From: Daphnia carinata
Taxonomy: Eukaryota
Direction: 5' to 3'
Length of the DNA: 64,000 nucleotides
Assembly (NCBI RefSeq): GCF_022539665.2
Contig: NC_081333.1
Location: 8,618,001 to 8,682,000, forward strand
The notes beneath the pieces were generated by a model that saw nothing but the letters and a program-made list of their open reading frames with translations, was not told the origin of the DNA and ran no database searches. Positions 1-14,462 of this stretch are shown here, one piece after another. Within the stretch, counting starts at the first letter, position 1. Every line of letters begins with the position of its first letter. A program made the translations under genes and the position numbers.

Positions 1-1226
1 AGAACAAAACCAAAAAGGCGCAATCATGTAGTTTATTTGTATGGAGGCCATGAGAAAACTCTACTTCGATTAATTGGTATTTGATAGCGATTATCAACGA
101 TGAACGAGTCAATGATCAATCCCTGTGGAGAAAATGGATTCGTTCCTCATTCGGTTGTTGATAATCTTAGATCATTCCCTTCTCTTTTTGTTTATTTGCT
201 TTCGAGCAACGTTCAGCCCATGTTTTTCTTTCTCCTACTCTCTGACGTAAGAAAAAAAAGCCTTTTTATTTTGTACTGGATTTTACTGGACATTCCGACT
301 GAGTCTACATGGTGACGTCGTTCAAATGAGAATCGCTGCGAAAAGAAACATTTTTCCATTATCTACCAATATTCCCAATGTTGACATCGAGCTTTTTCTT
401 TTGAAAACGGCAGAGCGACTTTTATGGGACCGCGCGTGTGTCAACATCCGAAAAAAAATTTCTTTATTGTCCTGGACTTAAAAAGAAAAAAAAAGAGAGG
501 GAGAAAAATAGCACTGTCTTCCAATTCGAGTTCATTTTTACGACGCCCGCTGGAAGAAAATGTCAGACGCCAATGCGGACGAATGTGGAATGTCACTGAT
601 GAGGTTGTCGGACCGGATCGTAGTTTTTCCCGTTGACGGCATCTAGTTTTGCGCTAGCAATGCGTGCGTCTCTCGCTCTCTGTGTGTATGTGTGTATGCG
701 TTTGGCTATATACGTGTGTGAGTTGTATGGCTACGTGTCTGTAGCCGGCCTCTGATTGGCTGTTGACGAGCGGGTTTTTCTGGAGCTTGTGTGGGGCTGG
801 CTTGAGTCCAAAACCCCTCCACACTTTTGCTCTCTCCTTTTCTTTCCCGTTCTATCGTACAGCAGTCGTTTGTATAGTAAAAAGAAAAACAGGGAGAAGC
901 CCGAACCCACGAGGATTGCTTGCTGCACATCCAAAAGTCATTCACGATTCGAACCTTGACCGTGCTGGAATCTAACACAAACTGTGTACAAGTGTATAAA
1001 CCCTCATTGAACCGGCGAACCCATTTTTAGACTATTCGTTTACTTATTTGCAACGTCGATTATGAGTTGATTTTCATAGAGAAATTCGAAAAGCCCAGCT
1101 TCGCCAAAACAAGGAAAATGTGTGTGTCATTTGGTGGTGAAGCGAATCCGACACTGACAAAATCGAGCACAAACTAAAGAGACATAACTTTCCAAATAAA
1201 AAGGAAGATATTAAAACGGAGAAGGC

Positions 1227-4200
1227 ATGGAACCCAGAGATCCTGAGAGGTAAGTCTTCTAACGAAACTAAAATACGTTATTTACGTTACATAATTTTCA
1301 TATGTAACAATGCGTGTTGGGGAAGAGAAAAGGATGTCGGCATTAGAAGCTGATGACGTCGTGACGAAATGCAACACGTGCTCTGTGTGCATCCTCCGGA
1401 GAGGTTGTGTCTCTGTCATATCATAGTTTTCACCCACTCGCCTGTCTCTTCCCCGAGCTTTATTTTTCTCACATGTTTTGACATCGTTGACATGCGAGAA
1501 AACAAGAAAAGACGACGCGTATAACAAAAGGACAAAAGCGGATATTTTTTTTTTCTTCCGCAGCTTCGTTATGAAAATGACTCCTCTACTTTTTTTGCTG
1601 GCAGACAATCCTGGTGACATCTCCCTATTCAAGAGGTTTCCCTTGGGCTCAATAAATAACCGTATGTTATGGATGGAATTAGTGTCGTGAAAGAAACGTT
1701 CCCATTTCTATATTGGTAAAGTTTAAAACAAAAAAAACTTACAACATTTTTAGAATATCCTTTTAAAAGAAAATGAGGAACTGATATAGAAAAATGAAAA
1801 GAAATGAACCTGCTAGAACCGAATTTTTGGTTTGCCTTCATACATAACAGTGCACACAGATGATGCTCTCTTTTGCTTTGCACACACACTGTACGCGGGG
1901 TTGAGTTATTTTCGGCTTATTTTTTTTTTCCTTCGCTCTTTGCCTTTTAAAATAAAATTCCCGCTAGCAGATTGCTCGAGCACAACACACAAAATGCAGG
2001 ATATTTATTTATTGCCCCACCCTGAGAATCCATGGCCCCTCTTTAGGCAGAACAGCAGCAGCTCTACTCTCCGCATGAAGCCAGGAGGACCAACTACTTC
2101 GGATCCCCCGACTTATCTCCATATAGTTAATGGACGATTTATGTCTGTGCGCTTGTATCTTATTTTATCCATGGGCCTTTGGCCCATTCTCTATTGAAAG
2201 GCATTTCAAGAAACAGAAGAAGGTAAAAGAAAGAAAGGTCGCAATGTAAAATAAAATGCAAAATAGGGACGATACATTTTTCACGGTGTCCTCGTTACCG
2301 ACATTTACACGCAAGGTGCTACACCTCATTCAACCAAGCTCACCCATTATAATGGCTTCTCTGAGCTCATTTCCCTATCCGACATTCATTCCGCACGACC
2401 GACGTGTCAGCAGCTACTTGGCAACTGCATAAAAATTTCTTTTTTTGTTCACGACTTTTCTCTTCTTTTTTTTAATCGGTAAACGGCACGTCCCGATCGT
2501 AACTCGTCTCTAAACGATGAACGAAACTCGTTAAATTTTTTCTTCCTCTTTGGCCACTCCATGATGACACAAAAGAAGAAGAAAATAGCAAAAAATGTGT
2601 GGTTATACCATGAGGTTAAAGAGTCAGGCTGATAGATGAAGTGCAAAGTACTTTTCATCCTCATGTATATATCAAGAATAGCTTTCTTCAGTTCTCATTA
2701 ACATTTCTTTGCAAATTGCATGACCTTCTTATATTTAACTGGATCGAGCAATTCAAGGAAATGACACCACCACAATCGTTTTGGCCATGGATTATAAGCT
2801 TCCTGTGATTCATTCGCCTCGGGATAATTATTCGAATCCCTATTTGCATCATCCTCCTTTTGTATTTTACTCGTTCAGCTTAAAATGTCGACACAAATCT
2901 ACGCCGTGGAGCAGAAGCGACGAAGACGAAGAGGACGAAGACGATTGCACAGGCAGTCCATTGGCGGAGGCATCTGCGGAGCAACGGATGCTGGCGCAGT
3001 CCGGCCTTTACAAATCGTCACCTTTGCTCGATTCATCTCCAACGGCGCCCAAGAGTCCAACGACAGCGTCGATCGAACTCCACCGCCAGTTATTGGCACT
3101 GAGACGCGGGAGTCGGGCGTCTCGGGGCAGTACCGGCATGATCGAGATGGTCGAGGACGCTCTGGGTGGCGCAGTCGTCCCGCCGAACGTTGCCGGCAAC
3201 GGCGTTGCGGGCACCATGGACGCCCGTTACCGCAAGTGGCAAACGAGGCTTTACAACTTTCTGGAAAGGCCAAGAGGTTCTAAAGCGATCGCGTATCACG
3301 TCGTCGTGTGAGTAGAAATTTTGTTTTCTTATCACCTGATATTGGGATTTGTTTGTTTTCAGCGTTTCATGTTTCCATTCGTCAAATGATTTTTCACGAC
3401 AGACGCTCGTGTAGACGCCTGTTGGTGTTGTGTGGTGCGTATTTTATCCTTTTTTTTTTGGGTTTTCATTTTTCGAATTGACCGTGTTCGTATAACCTTT
3501 CGGCGCTGTATGAGAAAACGGAGAGGGAAAGAGCGTGCAACATGATGATTAGGTTCCCTTCTAGTTCAGTCGGTTCGGTGTTACATCACTGTTGATGCCT
3601 TGATCAGGTGGGAGTGGCCGCAACCTTTACCTGACCGGTTACAACTTGACACTCGGCATTTGAAACCTGGTGAACAATAAAAGAGCTTTCCTTTGACCTT
3701 ATTCTTTTTTTTTTCCCTTTCTTTTGGGGAAAGAGAATCGGGGACCAACAATGAAGACGATGGTAAAATCATAAAGGCTGTGCTCACCAGGGTTCCTCTA
3801 TTATTTTATTTGTTTGAATGGTAAACAGACGACGACAGATGGGTCTACCATAATTTTTTTTTCCATGTCTTTATCCATTGTTCTTTACTGGTTAAAAAAA
3901 CAAAAGAAAAACATCACCACCCACTGTGTTCTCCCTAGACAAACGGTCTGCGTTCGCCAGTTATCGTGCAAGTGTGTAATGACATCATGCATCAATGTTT
4001 TGCACGGTGATTCATTGGACTTTGGCTTATTTTCGTGCGTTGCCACTTTGATTTGATTACTCGTATACAACGAAGAAAACGTATACATGGAGACCATCGA
4101 ATACTTTCCTGCCTACAGTCATTTTTACCTAGTTGACCGATGAGGTAGTTCACTCCCATTTCGTCCAAAAGATTGATGATAATAAAAGAGAAGCACCCCA

Positions 4201-7200
4201 CGCTTGTAAAGTAACACAAATTTTCAACCTACTCCCTCCCTCCCAAATCTTTCGATAGGAAAAAAAAATCAAAGGTTTCACCACTTTTACTAGAACGTTG
4301 CGTTCGTTATTAGCGCATTTATGTGAGGAGAAAAAAAACAAACAGAACCCCTGCATAGGGAATCTAGAGTTACACAGGTCTGTTTGGTCAATACGGTTTT
4401 ACGCGGCGGGATAATCATATGCAATACGAACGTTGTACCCAGTTCAAAATTCGGGGATTTATATCGCATCATCACACTACATACACCACGCCCAAATATC
4501 GATTGTGAAATAATGGATTCGTCTTCTAGTATTTCATCACACGAAATGACACCGTATTTGATCTGTTGTTCAACGGGTGGGGTCATTGTTTTGTTTTTGC
4601 ACGCTAATCCCGCGATTGCTCAAACATTGACTCAATATCAGTGGCACCCAGAAACTATTTTTAAAAAATATTATTCCCCTTTTTTTAGAGGTTTTTTTTC
4701 TTTCTTCGTGTTCTTAGGAAACAGATGGTCACCAGATCACCACCAACAACTTTGTGTGTAGGGGAGCCATCCAGATAAACTTTTGGCCTATTACAGGCCC
4801 TGTTGTTTGTTATTATCTCTGAAAGAAAAAGATCTTTTTTTTGTTCGTTTTTTTCTTTCGCTTTTACGATTCATTGACATGGAAATAGTTGTCGAAAGCT
4901 CACTGGCTGTGTTTGTATAGTACACACGGTTGGCGTGGAAGTGATGTCACGACGTCCTCCTCCTGTTACGTGTTGATTTGTGGTGACATCTTCTCTCACG
5001 TTTTGTTTGTCTTTTCTTGTCCCTTTCAATTCAATATTTATTTCGAATGCCTGTCTCTTTGGCATATGTTTGGCAGGTTCGTGATGGTTTTTGCCTGTTT
5101 GGCTTTAAGCGTCTTTTCCACCATCGAAGAATTCCAGGAATCGGCCGATGTAGCCCTTCTCTACATGGAAGGATTGGTCGTTTTCTGGTTCACAGTCGAA
5201 TTCGTTTTCCGGTAAGATTCTCATCCTTCTCTTTGTTTTATATGATCCGTCACGGCTTCTTACGTTTCTCTTTTGGCAACCGACCATCAAGCGCATATAA
5301 ATTTGTTGACCCGCTGTCGCTGCGTGGAACAAATGTCGTTGCATTCTTCAAAAATCGAGTTGTTAATTGTCGATCACTCTTCGCCGTGGAATGACGGAAA
5401 CGCAAAACTATTTTGGCACAGCCAAAACCCTTCGGTTATATTACCATGCTGGCCGTCTTTTCTTTTTTCTTTTTTTTTTTTTTTATTCGCCAGTTAACGA
5501 CGTTCCAGTTGAACGAAAAGTAGCCCAAAATATATTTGCTCGTTATCTGTTATCTAATTCGAATAATAATGAAAACAATTTTCTTTTTTTCCGTACATAA
5601 CATCTTAATGACTTGTTTCATCTTGTAGGTTATGGTCGTCCGGCTGCCGTTCACGCTACCAGGGATTTCTCGGCCGTTTGAAGTTTTTACGGCGGCCTTT
5701 CTGCGTGATCGGTGAGTGCAAAAGGGGCGACAGGGTGCTAAATTTCCGGCAACAACGTAGACACAAAACGAATACACAGAGGAGAGAAACAGCTCTACGA
5801 GGGTGGTCGCTTTCCTCCCTACTTTAACGGCGCGCGTGTCTGTTTCTATTCCAATGGCGCCGTTTTGGCCGTGACTGCGTGTAAACAGGCGGCAAAGCAC
5901 AAGGATTGAAAACTATTTTGCTCGAAAAAAAAAAATTTGAACGATTACGATCTTTGCGTCATGATTGAGAAGAACGATGTTGACAATGTGTTTCTATATT
6001 TGATCGTGCTAGATGTCGTGACGATCGTGGCCAGCGTCGTCGTCATCTCGCTGGGCAGCGGCGGGCAGGTATTCGCCACGTCGGCCCTCCGCGGTCTCCG
6101 CTTCTTTCAAATTCTGCGGATGGTGCGCATGGACCGGCGCGGAGGCACCTGGAAACTTTTAGGCTCCGTCGTCTACGCCCACCGACAGGTCTATATTGAT
6201 AATGCGTTCCAATGATATCATTCGATAACAGATACGTACCCTATCGACGGACCGCACGCAGGAGCTATTCACGACTGTATATATCGGATTTTTGGCGCTG
6301 ATATTTTCCTCTTTTCTGATGTACCTGGCGGAGAAGGAAGCCAATCCGGAGAAGTTTAGCAATTTCGCCGACGCGCTCTGGTGGGGAGTTGTAAGTTCCA
6401 GTCTCAAATCGTGAAAAGGAAATGTTTTTAAAAATGTATAATCCGATCTAAATTGTTTTAGATCACGCTGTCAACAGTGGGTTATGGGGATGCTTTCCCA
6501 ATCACATGGCAGGGCAAACTAATTGCTTCCGGATGTGCCCTTATGGGAATCTGCTTCTTCGCGCTACCTTCCGTGAGTCACGAACGTTGAATAAAAAATC
6601 TATAGCGTTTGCAAATGGGGACCCTATCTCGTCCTCAAAAATATAAACATTCGTTGTATTTGTGGCTGATTTGCAGGGCATTTTAGGATCCGGATTTGCT
6701 TTAAAAGTGCAGCAACAACAACGACAAAAGCATATGATCAGTAAGGGTTCCATATCCGGAAATATTTCATTCTAATCATCACGAACTTGAACACGTCCGC
6801 TTTGTTTAGGACGGCGCCAACCAGCCGCCTCTTTGATCCAGTGTTTGTGGAGGTGTTGCGCCGCCGACGGACTCTTCCGCTCCGTTGCCACGTGGAAAGT
6901 TCACATGCCGAGTCCTAGCTCGTGAGATTTTTTTTTTTCTTCAAGCTTAGCGGGAAAAAGGAACCAACTTTGTTTTCCCTTTATTCTTTTCCTTGTATTT
7001 CAGGTACAAACACAATACGTCATTCGTGATGACAAGGTTGCCAACAATCCGGCGGCCGAAAGTTCCTCCACCGGCGCACAAAATAGCCATGGCTTCGGCC
7101 AACCTTGCTGGTTGTGCCATCTCGGGACAAATTCACGAAACGAGTGAATACGGCGTTCAAATCACGAACAACGGCATCAACCGGAAGCCCGTTCACGAGA

Positions 7201-8475
7201 GCAGCCGCAATTCATCGGGTTATTGATTGCTTCAATTAAGAGTCAAAACATCGTTTAAAATCTTAATCTACTCTTGTTTGTTTCTTTTTGAAATGTAAAT
7301 CGCCTTTGATCACATTATCTTTTCAATCACCAGACGAAGATGAGGAGCACCCTGTCCGTTACATCCAGCTGACTCCACAATACCGTATGGCAATCCGTGC
7401 CATCCGCAAAGTGAGTGGCGAGTGGGCCCTAAAGCGGGCCAGTTTTGCATAATGCATGACTTGTCATGATCAGACGTTGTGTGTCCTTACATGTGTGTGT
7501 GTAGCGTGATGTTAAAAGTACTTGTACACTCCAATACGTCCTTATGTGTACTTATTGAATGGCTTGCAAAATTAGATGAAGTTCCTTGTGGCGCGACGCA
7601 AGTTCAAGGAGGCCCTAAAGCCCTACGACGTCAAAGACGTCATCGAGCAATACTCGGCTGGGCATGTTGATCTCTTGGGGCGAGTCAAAGCCTTGCAAGC
7701 CAGGTAATATTGCCTTAGATATTTCAACATTTGCTTTTCTGTTAAAGTCCACCTTCTTCTGTGATCATTGTGCGATTTTTAAAAAACGGTTATGTGATGT
7801 TTGTTTGAACATGGTGGACGGTGGCTGTTGTCAGACTGGACCAGATACTGGGCAAACAAGGATCCAAAGGCGGCAAGGACGTCTACGACAACAAATACTG
7901 TCTAGCCTCCCGCATCGTCAACGTCGAACGACAGGTGGTCCTCATGACCCACTTTTCTATCCATCCCCCTATATACTATTACCTCTATTGCTATGATCAT
8001 AATTTTATAAATTTTACAACCATCCTTTTTTCAATTTTAAATGTAAAAAAATAAACACATTTGAAAAATCGAAAACAAAAAACAGGTGGGTGATATTGAG
8101 GCCAAGGTGCAAAGGATCCTGGAACTGTGCCTGGAGAATAGACAGTCAAAGAAGAACAGTAATGATTCCGATGGACGCGCTACTGTGAGCCAAACCGATG
8201 TACCATCATCGGAGTCTGTTCCATTATCAAGAATGGAAGCTACAACAACGAGGCCAGATCCTCCATCGTCCTTGGGTTTGGCTTGCTCGTCATCGGTGTC
8301 GCATCCATTAGCGCTGCAAGCTTCGCTCAAACCGATTTTGGTGCTCGACAGAGGGCACGAAACTCCGGCCAACATCGCCGACGTTCATCAAGAACAACAA
8401 CAAGGACAAGAGGAGCATGAGCAACAACATCAAGCGTCGCCTGTCAAAAAGCGCGTCACCTTGCAGTCGCTGTGA
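1227..8475 (+). CDS. KCNQ: KCNQ/Kv7 voltage-gated potassium channel, 14 coding exons, ~723 aa
   Basis: GT-AG exons joined in frame: 1227-1249, 2879-3307, 5077-5211, 5629-5711, 6013-6188, 6262-6390, 6462-6572, 6677-6740, 6810-6921, 7004-7218, 7334-7410, 7576-7703, 7835-7934, 8086-8475 (2172 nt). Motifs: [10 protein letters not shown]4 [29 protein letters not shown], pore [31 protein letters not shown]-like helix A LIQCLWR, helix [26 protein letters not shown]. The first exon (MEPRDPE) is the least certain. Confidence 0.96.
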
Positions 8476-11400
8476 CGACCCTTGTTCTTCCACCCGTCGA
8501 CAATACATCCATCCATTCTGTTTGTTCCTTCGTGAAAATATCCTGGCCATTTTTTGTGTGTGTTCTTGTTGGAAGGGGTTTTTCTCTGTTGGCGCATGCT
8601 CTATGACGTCGACCTCGATCTTTCATTCTCTTTTTCTATTCTTCTTCCTCCTCTTTCGCCACACCATGTTACACGCAGAGGGAAAAGAGACGATGTGGAA
8701 ATTCAATCAAACTCTTTTATCGCTCCTCGAGTAATCGATTTATTTCTCTCATGCGCCTGCGCCTTCATCCGCCGACCGATCGATTCCTTCCACCTACTCT
8801 GCACGTATACACAAACAAAACAACAACTAAATATTTAAAAAAAAAAAGGGGGACAAAAAAGTTGAACGCTCTGTCGTGAGCGGAAAAAAAACGAAGTAAA
8901 CGGCGCCGGCCGATATATAGGAGCTCTGTCTGAAATATTTTTTGCAGCCAGACCTACTCTGCTTTTCATGTATATGCCACGGTCGATCGATAGACACGCC
9001 GCGGACGGACGCGTCGGCTCTCCGTCCACGTATTTCTAAACTGCCATAGACGGGCGGGCATTCGTCTTGTTGGATTCGTTCTGGAGGGGCGTTGAAGTTG
9101 GATGACATGCTAAATACCAATAGGTCATACAAAAGAAAAAAAAATAAAGGCACAAAATCTGTAGTGCAGCACGATAAGAGTGGTTAGTAACACCACTTTG
9201 TCATTGTTTCAGGTTAGAGAAGGGGAAAGCCAGGTGGAACCTAGTCGGGACGTTGTCTGTGTTATCTTTGACTCATATTTTATATCTACACGTAGCCAGA
9301 AACTATTTTATAATGGAGAGAAGGTGTGTGTCGGGGTGGGGATCTAATGTGTAGATCACACACAGACAAACTCAATCCGCCATAAAAAAAAAAGGTGGGT
9401 GGTGTCGAGTGTGTGTGTTTTTTTCGAAGCGGGCAAAAACACGAACACACACATGCGGGACTCGAGAGCTAGATAAGAAAAGGGGGGAACAGATAACATT
9501 TTTTTGTTTAAAATGAGCAACCAACTTCAACAAATATGGGCTTACAAAAGCACACCGGGAAATTATAGTTAGAGCATAATCTACTAGATCACATCAAAGT
9601 GAAAGGATTGTAGATTGAAAGAAAGGTAGGGAAATAAGGAAGAAAACAAAAAAGCGCAACGACTATACAGACTCCCTCTACAGCCCTCACGAATGTGTAT
9701 TCGTTCAACATGAAATCGATACTCACGTAGGATATCGAGCGAGAAGATAAAGGTCTCGTGCAATATGCAATGACATGGGTTGGCAAACTTGTCTTCGTTC
9801 TCCACTGTTCTACTACCACTATTACAGCTAGAGACATACAAACAATAGATGAATTATACTTTCATTTGAAAAAGAAGAGACAAACAAAATTATTCGGTAG
9901 TTAAGCGAACAACGTTGCGGATCAAACCGGGCGCACCGCAATGCGTCCGCGCCTCTATAGCGGCATCACGCACAGAACCATCAGGTCGTACGGTAAATCT
10001 TTAAATACGAAATGATGAGATGGAGTGAATGTCCTACATACAAATGAACTAGGAGATCGAACTAACACACACGGAGAGAATGGTGGTAGCCCGGATGTGG
10101 TGTATACATGTACTACACATTCTATTTGCCTGCTCTAGTCCGCATCGGCATTGCGGCGGGCGACGGATACACAGTCGAACATGTCAACATTGTCCACGAA
10201 CAAACAAAATCAAGGAAAACAAAAAAAAAATTCAACTCTTTTTGAAATATAATTTTTTTCTTTCTACTTATTTAGCGTATAGTATTATTGAAAAAAAAAA
10301 CCATAAACGAGAAAAGAGTCCTATACATAAAAAAAATTCTTTCATGTCGCAGAGTCTGTTTTTACAATTGGGTAGGGGGAAAAATGACCTGAGAATATCA
10401 AATCATAAGCAAATGAGATGCACGAAAGACTATGGCTCAAGTTTGGTTTCTTTCTTTTATCAGCATATCGAAACAGCAGGCAACCCAATTTTTTATTTTC
10501 GAGGCATGTAATCTCATTTCTTTGAATATGAATTCGGATTGCCCTAAAGCCCTTCATTCTAAGGCAGAAAAAAAGATAGGTTTTCCATCGACCTTATGTC
10601 TAGGTGACGTAAGCTTACGAATAAATGCTACATAAAAAGTTAAGATAAAAAAAAGAAGCTATTTTGCATGACGCGTTTGGGAAAGTCCAGCTCCTATCAT
10701 TGTCGATTCCCCTCCGCATTTTATTGTTTGTCTCAGTCTGACGTCACTGTATACATAATTACATATATCTATGCCGCAATGCCGAAACTCTGACGCAGCA
10801 GCTGAGGATGCCCCGACCAAGGAACCGGGCACGCCTTACCATGGTACTTGATCATGTTATACAGTCGAGAACTCAGTTTTTCCACTGTATTTAATATCTA
10901 CATCGAGAATAGGTTTCCCTTTTTTTTGAAGGAAGGATTTCTCCTTTTAATTCCCCGGCCGTCATGTGTGTTCTATATGTTCCATGTAGTTAACCGAACA
11001 GCCAGTCCGGGTATCAACAACTGTTGATCGATGATTGTTCGAAACGGGAGAAAAACCTTTTTTTTACACACAAAAAATGTAAATAAGGAACAGGAATTTT
11101 CAATTCCTCAAGTTCGGATGTTTGATAACTTAACTTTCGTCTTACGATGTTTAGGAAAATCAAAGGGACTTGTTGTCATGCTCATTTTGCTGGATTTGCA
11201 TAAAAGTGAAGCCTCAAACAAAGATGAGCATATGAGGATATAATGTTGATGATTGGACAGAACCCTAAAGTCATCTGGCCGTGAAGGAGAAATGAATAAT
11301 GCAGAAGATGCCGAATGAATGACCTTTTTCCCTCCTCCCTGACGACGACAACAACCGAGACATCATCGCCTTCCGGAACTGCTGTATTTTTTCGGGGTTC

Positions 11401-14400
11401 AACAATGTTCTTTTCTCCCTTCTAGTCAGCCTCCTAGCAGTCTCGTCTTCTTATAAATGATGCTCACCACCAGCGCAAGCTTCATTCAATACGACGGGCT
11501 TTACTTGAAGAAAAGCTGATTCCTCTTCTTCTGTTTTCTTCCGCCTCTTCTCTTTCCTATAAACCCTATCTTATCCATCCCTCCCGACACGCACAAACAC
11601 ACAACTATACAACCGATCAATAAACAGAGTGAAACGAGCAAACCCCCTTCTCTTCGTATCTATTTCCTCCTCCCCTCTCGCAGCTTGGTATACACGATCT
11701 CTTCGGTGTTTGTCTACTACGTGTGTGTTCGTGAACGATATCTCGGGAATGGATGACACGTAGATGGAGAGAAAGATCATACAAAGAGTAAGAGAGCGAG
11801 AGAGGAGAAATCTATTTACATCTTTGATTCAGTAAAGTTTTGGCGGTGATGACGTCTTTTTCCGTCTATCATATCTCCCAATCCGCCTACGTTCGTTCAT
11901 AAGTTTTTAAACTTCTATACCCAAAACCCCGGGGTGCATCGAGATCTTTCGTAACACTTCCGACGACGATAATGTTAATCATAACAATCTGTTTGTGCGT
12001 GTGTTTGCAAGTTTAGATGCTATTTAGCTTATAAATGATGGTTATGTTGTGAGTGCTCACAGGTGATATTTCTTCACACGATAAGACGCCAAAGAAAGGT
12101 GTGACGTCATAGCACCTATCGATTTATGGCCAATTTTCCATGTATCGTTGGTGATGTTGAATTTTGTTTGTGGATTTGAAGGCCGAACCAAGGAATGCAA
12201 ATTTATGAATGGGCGAGAAAAGTGTGAGCGGCTACCACAGCACACAACAAAAGTGATGGCAACCTTCCAGCCATTCAAGAGGTGCCTAGCTCCTAGCTTT
12301 TTCCCATCACACAAGCATAGACACGAAAGAATTTTTTTTTTAAAGCTTTTATTCAAAAAAAGATAGAGACGAACACTAAAATGAATCAAGGAAAATTCTT
12401 TGATCGTCCAAATGTTTTCATGTTGATCAAATAATGAAACCCATTTCAGCCGTTCTAATCAATATGTTTTCATATGGTTGTGTGCGCGCCGGCGCTCCTA
12501 CCGGCAAATATCTCGATCATTCGAGAATCATAATCATAAACAAATAAAACAAACATAAATTTCTCCTTGCATAATTTTTTACGTTAGCTCTTGTTACTCA
12601 ACTCATAGCATCAACAACAACCAGTACGTCGTAATTTTTTCTCATTTTTTGCTGATCGTTCTGTGATTCGTTACGTCAAATTTGCGAAGAGTCAGCGCAT
12701 GTGCGATATACGATCCATCTCCATCAAACTTTTCTGTCAAAATCAAAACAAAAAACAAGAATAACGCGAAAAAAGAAAAAAATTTCCGACAGAAAAAGCA
12801 ATATAGTCGACTGGGGAACAATAAGGGAGGCTGAAAGAAGGAAATAGATATTGCCCAGGCATGAAGGAGTTAAAAGACCAAGTCGTTGCAAGGGTTGGAT
12901 GGTAGTAACAGCGTCAGAGTGGAGGCGTACCGTCGTCGAGTTTCGATCGCATCGTCGTCAGTATAGGCTTCTCTAGCGAGGAGGTAACGAGTGGTGGGCC
13001 ATGGCGTCGACGGGTGGGAAAGGAGGGTACATTCAGTACATCGGCAGGAGGTACAGTTGGGTAGTAGACGTTCACTGGAGCAAAAATGCGATGCCCGTCT
13101 ATGTTTGAAGCATCGTAGATGCATTCTCGTTCGTGTGGACTCTCTCTCTGGCCGACTCTGCGGACAACAACGTCGACCAAGGTGGGAGGGCGAAAAAAGG
13201 AGGCGGAGCTTAGATGAATAGAAGGAGAGGGGGGGGGGGCAAAGGCACCACCGTAAGCTTCTCTTCCTGCCTGGACTGGTGTCTGTGCGCTACAACAACT
13301 CAGCTGGTGTCTGCTAGCTCGTCCCTGCGAGCGGCCATGTTGGTTTTCTCGTTCTCAGTTGCTGTACACACACACACGCAGAACGCACGTCATTAACGAC
13401 TAGCGAGTGATGGTGGTGGCGGTGGTGGTGGTCGTCCTCCTCCTCAGGTGCGCCTCCAGACAGCAGCAGTGAGCGAGAGACACTCTCAGTGTGTGTGTGT
13501 ATGTGTACATGTGAGTGTTGTGTGTGTGAAAGTAGAAAGAAGTAGTGACAATCATAGAGACATAGAGCGAAAAGAAAATGGGACACACTACACAACAGCA
13601 AAAGAATCTACACAGTCAAGTTGAAAATACACGACAACCTTAATTGCAAGGGAATCAACAATTAGACACAGACGAGAAAGAGAGTGAAAAAAAGAGACAA
13701 GTGAAGCCTGTCTCACTTTTGCCGGGTCGTCGAGCTCGGCACAGAAACCCTTCATTCGAAATCGATTGGTCTCGTTGTCGTCGTTCAACAAACGTTCTGC
13801 ACACACACACACACACGCTAATACAGTGCCCACCAGTGCAGTTCAGTTTGCCCCGGAATCGTGTAAAGTTCACTCTGTTTGTTCGTTGACTAATCTGGTT
13901 GGATTTCGCAAGTGTAGTTTTATGTCCATGTGTCGTCTAAGGGAAAAACCCTGAGAGCAAGAAGCGAGACAGTTGGCCTCGGGCGAGATTCGCCATTTTG
14001 GTCCCTTGATCTATACACCATCTATCCATTAGAGCCACCACGAAGATAATGATTCTCGAATGAGGCCGTCACACAGCGATCACAACCGACATCTCTATTG
14101 ATCCCATCATCATCATTGTCTTCTTGCAGCAGTGTGTGCTCAATCGATAATCTTTTACAACTAAACAAAACAAAAGAAAAAAACGTTTTGTTTGTTTGTT
14201 CCCTGATTTGCTGTTCGACGAGATTGAGTGTCTCTTGTTTATCTTATTATTTTAATTTGTCGAGTCGGCGTCTAGAAAGTGGCAACACCGTTTTTGAGGT
14301 CGTCGTGAGCGTCGCTAGCTCCTCCGCCACTGCAGTGGTTGTAGTGTATTTTTGTGCCCGTTGTGCTAGTGACGTGCTGGCTCCTGCAATCCCTGTGATG

Positions 14401-14462
14401 CAGCATCGTCAGGATTGCTCTCGCAGACAAAAGACGGGCCTCGATTCAACTTCGAGGCTTTC

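Noticed and set aside
595..620. CTGATGA-GGT..ACC hammerhead-like start
   Set aside because: No GAAA follows stem II.
1754..1762. ATATCCTTT U12-type donor match (another near 47468)
   Set aside because: Not at an exon boundary; about one such match is expected by chance in a window this size.
8473..8535. Stop-codon readthrough of KCNQ (TGA-C context)
   Set aside because: Only a ~20 codon featureless extension, with no supporting structure or conservation data.
8476..13000. Possible small gene between KCNQ and RIM
   Set aside because: No ORF with recognisable motifs or a consistent exon chain; more likely UTR and regulatory DNA.
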